In this document: piece after piece, positions 59,926 through 64,000 of the stretch
How the letters are laid out: every line of letters starts with the position of its first letter
Numbering within the stretch: position 1 is the stretch's first letter
Program-made: the position numbers and the translations under genes
The notes under the pieces: model-generated
Told to the model about the DNA's origin: nothing
What the model saw: only the letters and a program-made list of their open reading frames with translations
Databases searched by the model: none
Assembly (NCBI GenBank): GCA_964016885.1
Contig: OZ024742.1
Location: 189,162,001 to 189,226,000 of the forward strand
Direction: 5' to 3'
Source of the DNA: Eledone cirrhosa
Taxonomy: Eukaryota
Length of the DNA: 64,000 nt

Positions 59926-60395
59926 ATGGTTTCTGATTTAGGCACAAGGCCAGCAAATACCCAGTGCATTACTGGTACTTTATTTTATCGACCCCCATAT
60001 GGTTTCTGATTTAGGCACAAGGCCAGCAATTACCCAGTGCATTACTGGTACTTTATTTTATCGACCCCCGTATGGTTTCTGATTTAGGCACAAGGCCAGC
60101 AATTACCCAGTGCATTACTGGTACTTTATTTTATCGACCCCCGTATGGTTTCTGATTTAGGCACAAGGCCAGCAATTACCCAGTGCATTACTGGTACTTT
60201 ATTTTATCGACCCCCGTATGGTTTCTGATTTAGGCACAAGGCCAGCAATTACCCAGTGCATTACTGGTACTTTATTTTATCGACCCCCGTATGGTTTCTG
60301 ATTTAGGCACAAGGCCAGCAATTACCCAGTGCATTACTGGTACTTTATTTTATCGACCCCGTATGGTTTCTGATTTAGGCACAAGGCCAGCAATT
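59926..60395. repeat. 73-bp tandem array derived from the SINE 3' segment (6 units plus a partial unit)
   Basis: Units start at 59926, 59999, 60072, 60145, 60218, 60291 and 60363. Confidence 0.95.
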
Positions 60396-61750
60396 TGAAG
60401 GGGGAGGGGAAAGTCGATTAAATTGACCACAGTGCATGACTGGTACTTTCTTTTATTGACACCATAAGGATGACAAGCAAGACTAACCATGGCTGGATCC
60501 ACCATAATGATAATAATTATTATTTCTACTTTTTTCACAAGGCCAGCAATTACCCCAGTGTATTACTGGTACTTTATTTTATCGACCCCCGTAAGGATGA
60601 AAGGCAAAGTTAACCTCGGCGGGATTTGAACTCAGAATGGCAAGGGATGTAACTCTATGCATCAAAGCATGGCGTCCGACCCTCTACCGATACTGCCAAT
60701 TCACAATAATAATATTTCTACTTTTTTCACAAGGCCAGCAATTACCCCAGTGCATTACTGGTGCTTTATTTTATCGACCCCGTAAGGATGAAAGGCAAAG
60801 TTAACCTCGGCGGGATTTGAACTCTGAACGTAAAGGGCCAGGCACAAGGCCAACAATTTGGGGGAAGGGAAATTCATGTAAATCGAAACCAGTACTTCAA
60901 TTTATCCACACTGTAAAATAATTGTTTCTACTTTTGGCACAAGGCCAGCAATTAACCAGTGTATTACTGGTACTTTATTTTATCGACCCCCGTAAGGATG
61001 AAAGGCAATGTTAACCTCGGCGGGATTTGAACTCAGAATGGCAAGGGCCGTAACTCTATGCGTCAAAGCATGGCGTCCGACCCTCAACTGATACTGCCAA
61101 TCTACTGTAAGATAATAATAATGATACAGTAATTACTAGTAATATTAAAATTCCAAAGGATATAAGTCTGAGTTCAAATCCCTCTGAGGTTAACTTTGCC
61201 TTTCCTCTTTATGTGGTTGATAAAATAAAGCACCAGTAATGCACCAGGATAATTGCTGGCCTTGTTCCAAAAGTAGAAACAATTATAATTCCAAAGGATA
61301 AATGGGGTGGAATCATTTGAGTATCCAACAAAATACATTGTGCATGAATCTTATATTATCAGATCAAATCTCAGATCAAATCTCAGATCAAATCTCAGAT
61401 CAAGGTCACCATTGCTTTCATTCTTCTGTGGTTGATAAGATAAAGTATCAGTCATGTATTGGTGTTTATATAATTGATGTTCTCCTACCCACAAACAACT
61501 ATTGGACTTCTTCCTAAATTAGAAATCATTATTGGCAGTATTGGTCGAGTGTCGAACAATATGCTTTGCGGCATAGAATTATGGCCCTTTATGATCTGAG
61601 TTCAAAGCCCACTAAGGGTAGCTTAGCTTTTCATCCTCACAGGGTCGATAAAATAAAGTACCAGTAATGCACTGGAGTAGATTTAATCAACTTTCCCCTC
61701 CTAAAAAATTGTTTGGACTTGTGCCTAAATCAGAAACCATTATTATTATA

Positions 61751-61923
61751 AAGGGATGTCAAACTGAGGGTCACGTGGGTCACAAATGACAACTAATTGC
61801 GCACATTACAACTAATATTTTTAATTTTATAATACGCTCGCACTGTAAAAACCTTTTTGTGGGCCACAGGTGTGCTTGTAAAGGGCCGCATGCAGCTTAC
61901 GGGCAGCATGTTTGCCATGCCTG
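61751..61923. mobile_element. hAT-like MITE (degenerate)
   Basis: (C/A)AGGGATGTCAAAC...GTTTGCCATGCCTG TIRs with a GGGCCGCA subterminal motif. Confidence 0.5.
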
Positions 61924-63779
61924 GTTTAGAGGACTTATTAGATATGTTATTATTAGATAAGTAATTATCCCTTTCTTAATGCTGAGGCCACAGTAAAATA
62001 CATCCCTCCAAACCTTGTAAGCAGGGAAAATGGATATTAACTCATTAGCATTTAAATCAGCTGTATCTGGCCAGAATTGTCTCACCTCTTTCTATTCAAG
62101 CTGGTTGTAACCAGCAATTCTTGCTGATGCTATGATATTGTTCTCAAAGTAAATAATATCAAAATCTCATAGATTTGATATTATGTAAGATAAAGCTTTT
62201 ATCATGAAAATATAATAGTAAATATAGAGTGATGTAAATGCTAACGGGTTAATTGATGATGATAATGGGGAGACAGTTGAGGACAGAGATTAGAGTGATG
62301 GAGTGGCAGAATTATTGGGATATTAGACAAAGTAGTATTTTGTATTTCTTTTGGACCCTTAGGTTTCATATTCAAATCCCATATGATGATGATAATGGGA
62401 AGGTAGACAAGGACAGAGATTAAACTGATGGATTATCAGAAATATTAGGACATCAGACATAGTGGTATCTGTTGTTTATTTTGAACCCTTAAGATTTGTG
62501 TTCAAATCCCAGATGGATTCAATAAAATAAAGAACTAGTTCAGTAGTGGGACCAATATATAACAGACATTTCTCTGCACTAAAATTGTTGGTTGTTGATA
62601 ATTTACACTTTATATTCAAAAATAAAGTGTAAATTATCCATCATATGTGTAATATTAAGGTACATACATTGGCAGTGTCGGTGGAGCATTGGACAACATG
62701 CTTTAAGGCATAGAGTTACTCCCCTTTACAATCTGAGTTCAAATCCTGCCAACGTTAACTTTGTAATGTGGCCGTGTAGGTAACATGTTAAAAAGTTCCC
62801 AGTCCACACTGTAAATGTGGTTGGTGTTGGGAAGGGCTTTCAGCCAGATAGTCCTATATGAGCAAGACACGGTCACTCGACCAAGCTTGCCTCAAGTGGG
62901 ACATCTCCTGTCTAACCCATGCTAGCGTGGAAGATGGATGTTAAACGATGATGATGATGATGATGATATATATATATATACATATATGTATATATACATA
63001 TATGTATATATACATATATGTATATATATATATATGTATAAATACATATATGTATATATATATTTTATATATGTATGTGTGTCTGTTTGCCCATGAAATG
63101 ATGATAGGATGGGCAATAAACTGAAAAGCTCTTCAAAGCTCTGAGTCATATGAGGTTGATGTGTTGTCTAGACAGGAGATAATTGTTTCTACCTTAGGCA
63201 CAAGGCCAGCAATTACAAGTGAATTGCTGGTACTTTATTTTATCAGGAAATAATACTAAATACAAACTAACTCAGATCATGACATCCTGTCTAACATATA
63301 CAAGCATGAAAAGCAAATTTAAATTAAAAATATACATATACACAAGGGCGGTGCCCCAGCATGGCCTCAGCCGGATGGCTGAAACAGGTAAAAGAGTAAA
63401 AGAGTATATATATATATAGATATATATCATCATCATCATCATTTTACATCCGCTTTTCCCTGCTTGCAAGGGTGGGACGGGAACTGATTCTGGCTTGATT
63501 TCTACAGCTGGATGCCCTTCCTAACACCAACCTCATTTACAATGAGTGCTGGGTGCTTTTTTGCCATGGCACCTCCACGACCACTTTGCAGTGGAATGAT
63601 AGGGACCCCTGTCCCTATCATCTCATTTCCACAGCTGAGTAAACTGGAGCAATGTAAAATAAAGTGTCTTGCTCAAGGAAACACATCACCTTGTCTGAGA
63701 ATTGAACTCACAACCTTTCGATTACAAGCCCAATGCTCTAACCACTAAGCCATATGCCTCCATGTATGTATGTATATAC

Positions 63780-63828
<49 letters not shown>

Positions 63829-63835
63829 AATATAT

Positions 63836-63890
<55 letters not shown>

Positions 63891-64000
63891 TATGTATATG
63901 TCTATATATATATATATAAGTGTGTGTGTATATATATATATATATATTTATTAAAATAACAGATTAAAGTTTAAGCAAAGAATCTATGAACCACCTAAGA

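Larger units (their letters stand above)
57880..63760. mobile_element. Dense cluster of SINE copies and fragments (more than 12, both strands)
   Basis: Repeated GGCACAAGGCCAGCAATT...ACTGGTACTTTATTTTATCGACCCC...GATTTGAACTCAGAA. Confidence 0.85.

Noticed and set aside
59926-60395. CRISPR-like regular array
   Set aside because: Units are contiguous with no unique spacers; SINE-derived and eukaryotic.

Overview
Eukaryotic, very AT-rich DNA packed with microsatellites. The SINE families and repeat landscape look like an octopus (inferred, not verified). There is one 200-N scaffold gap at 23911-24110. Nearly all ORFs in the supplied track are simple-repeat artefacts. Content that can be supported: (1) A hidden + strand host gene split into tiny, phase-compatible exons (3190-3268, 3906-3939, 5253-5297, 17057-17089, 19612-19620, possibly 41840-41860). 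These splice into ...AHLWRYRHGPVDNFYTTKMSDIGHFGTP..., a DUF5648-like repeat, probably in a secreted protein. (2) About 20 complete, degenerate or half type I hammerhead ribozyme (HHR) motifs from roughly ten unrelated short families. Most sit in (TA)n tracts and many are fold-back (inverted-arm) elements. One is physically attached to a Naiad-type Penelope-like retroelement (RT thumb plus GIY-YIG). Several carry a recurrent CCGANGA core. (3) Other retroelement remnants, each in its own microsatellite: R4/Dong-like REL LINEs in (TAA)n and (TATG)n, Tx1-like LINEs in (TCTA)n, and RTE fragments. (4) A mariner fossil, mariner/pogo/piggyBac/hAT-like MITEs, Helentron-like elements, many tRNA-derived SINEs, and satellites with 24-, 46-, 73- and 94-bp units. 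All calls were made by eye; element boundaries are approximate.
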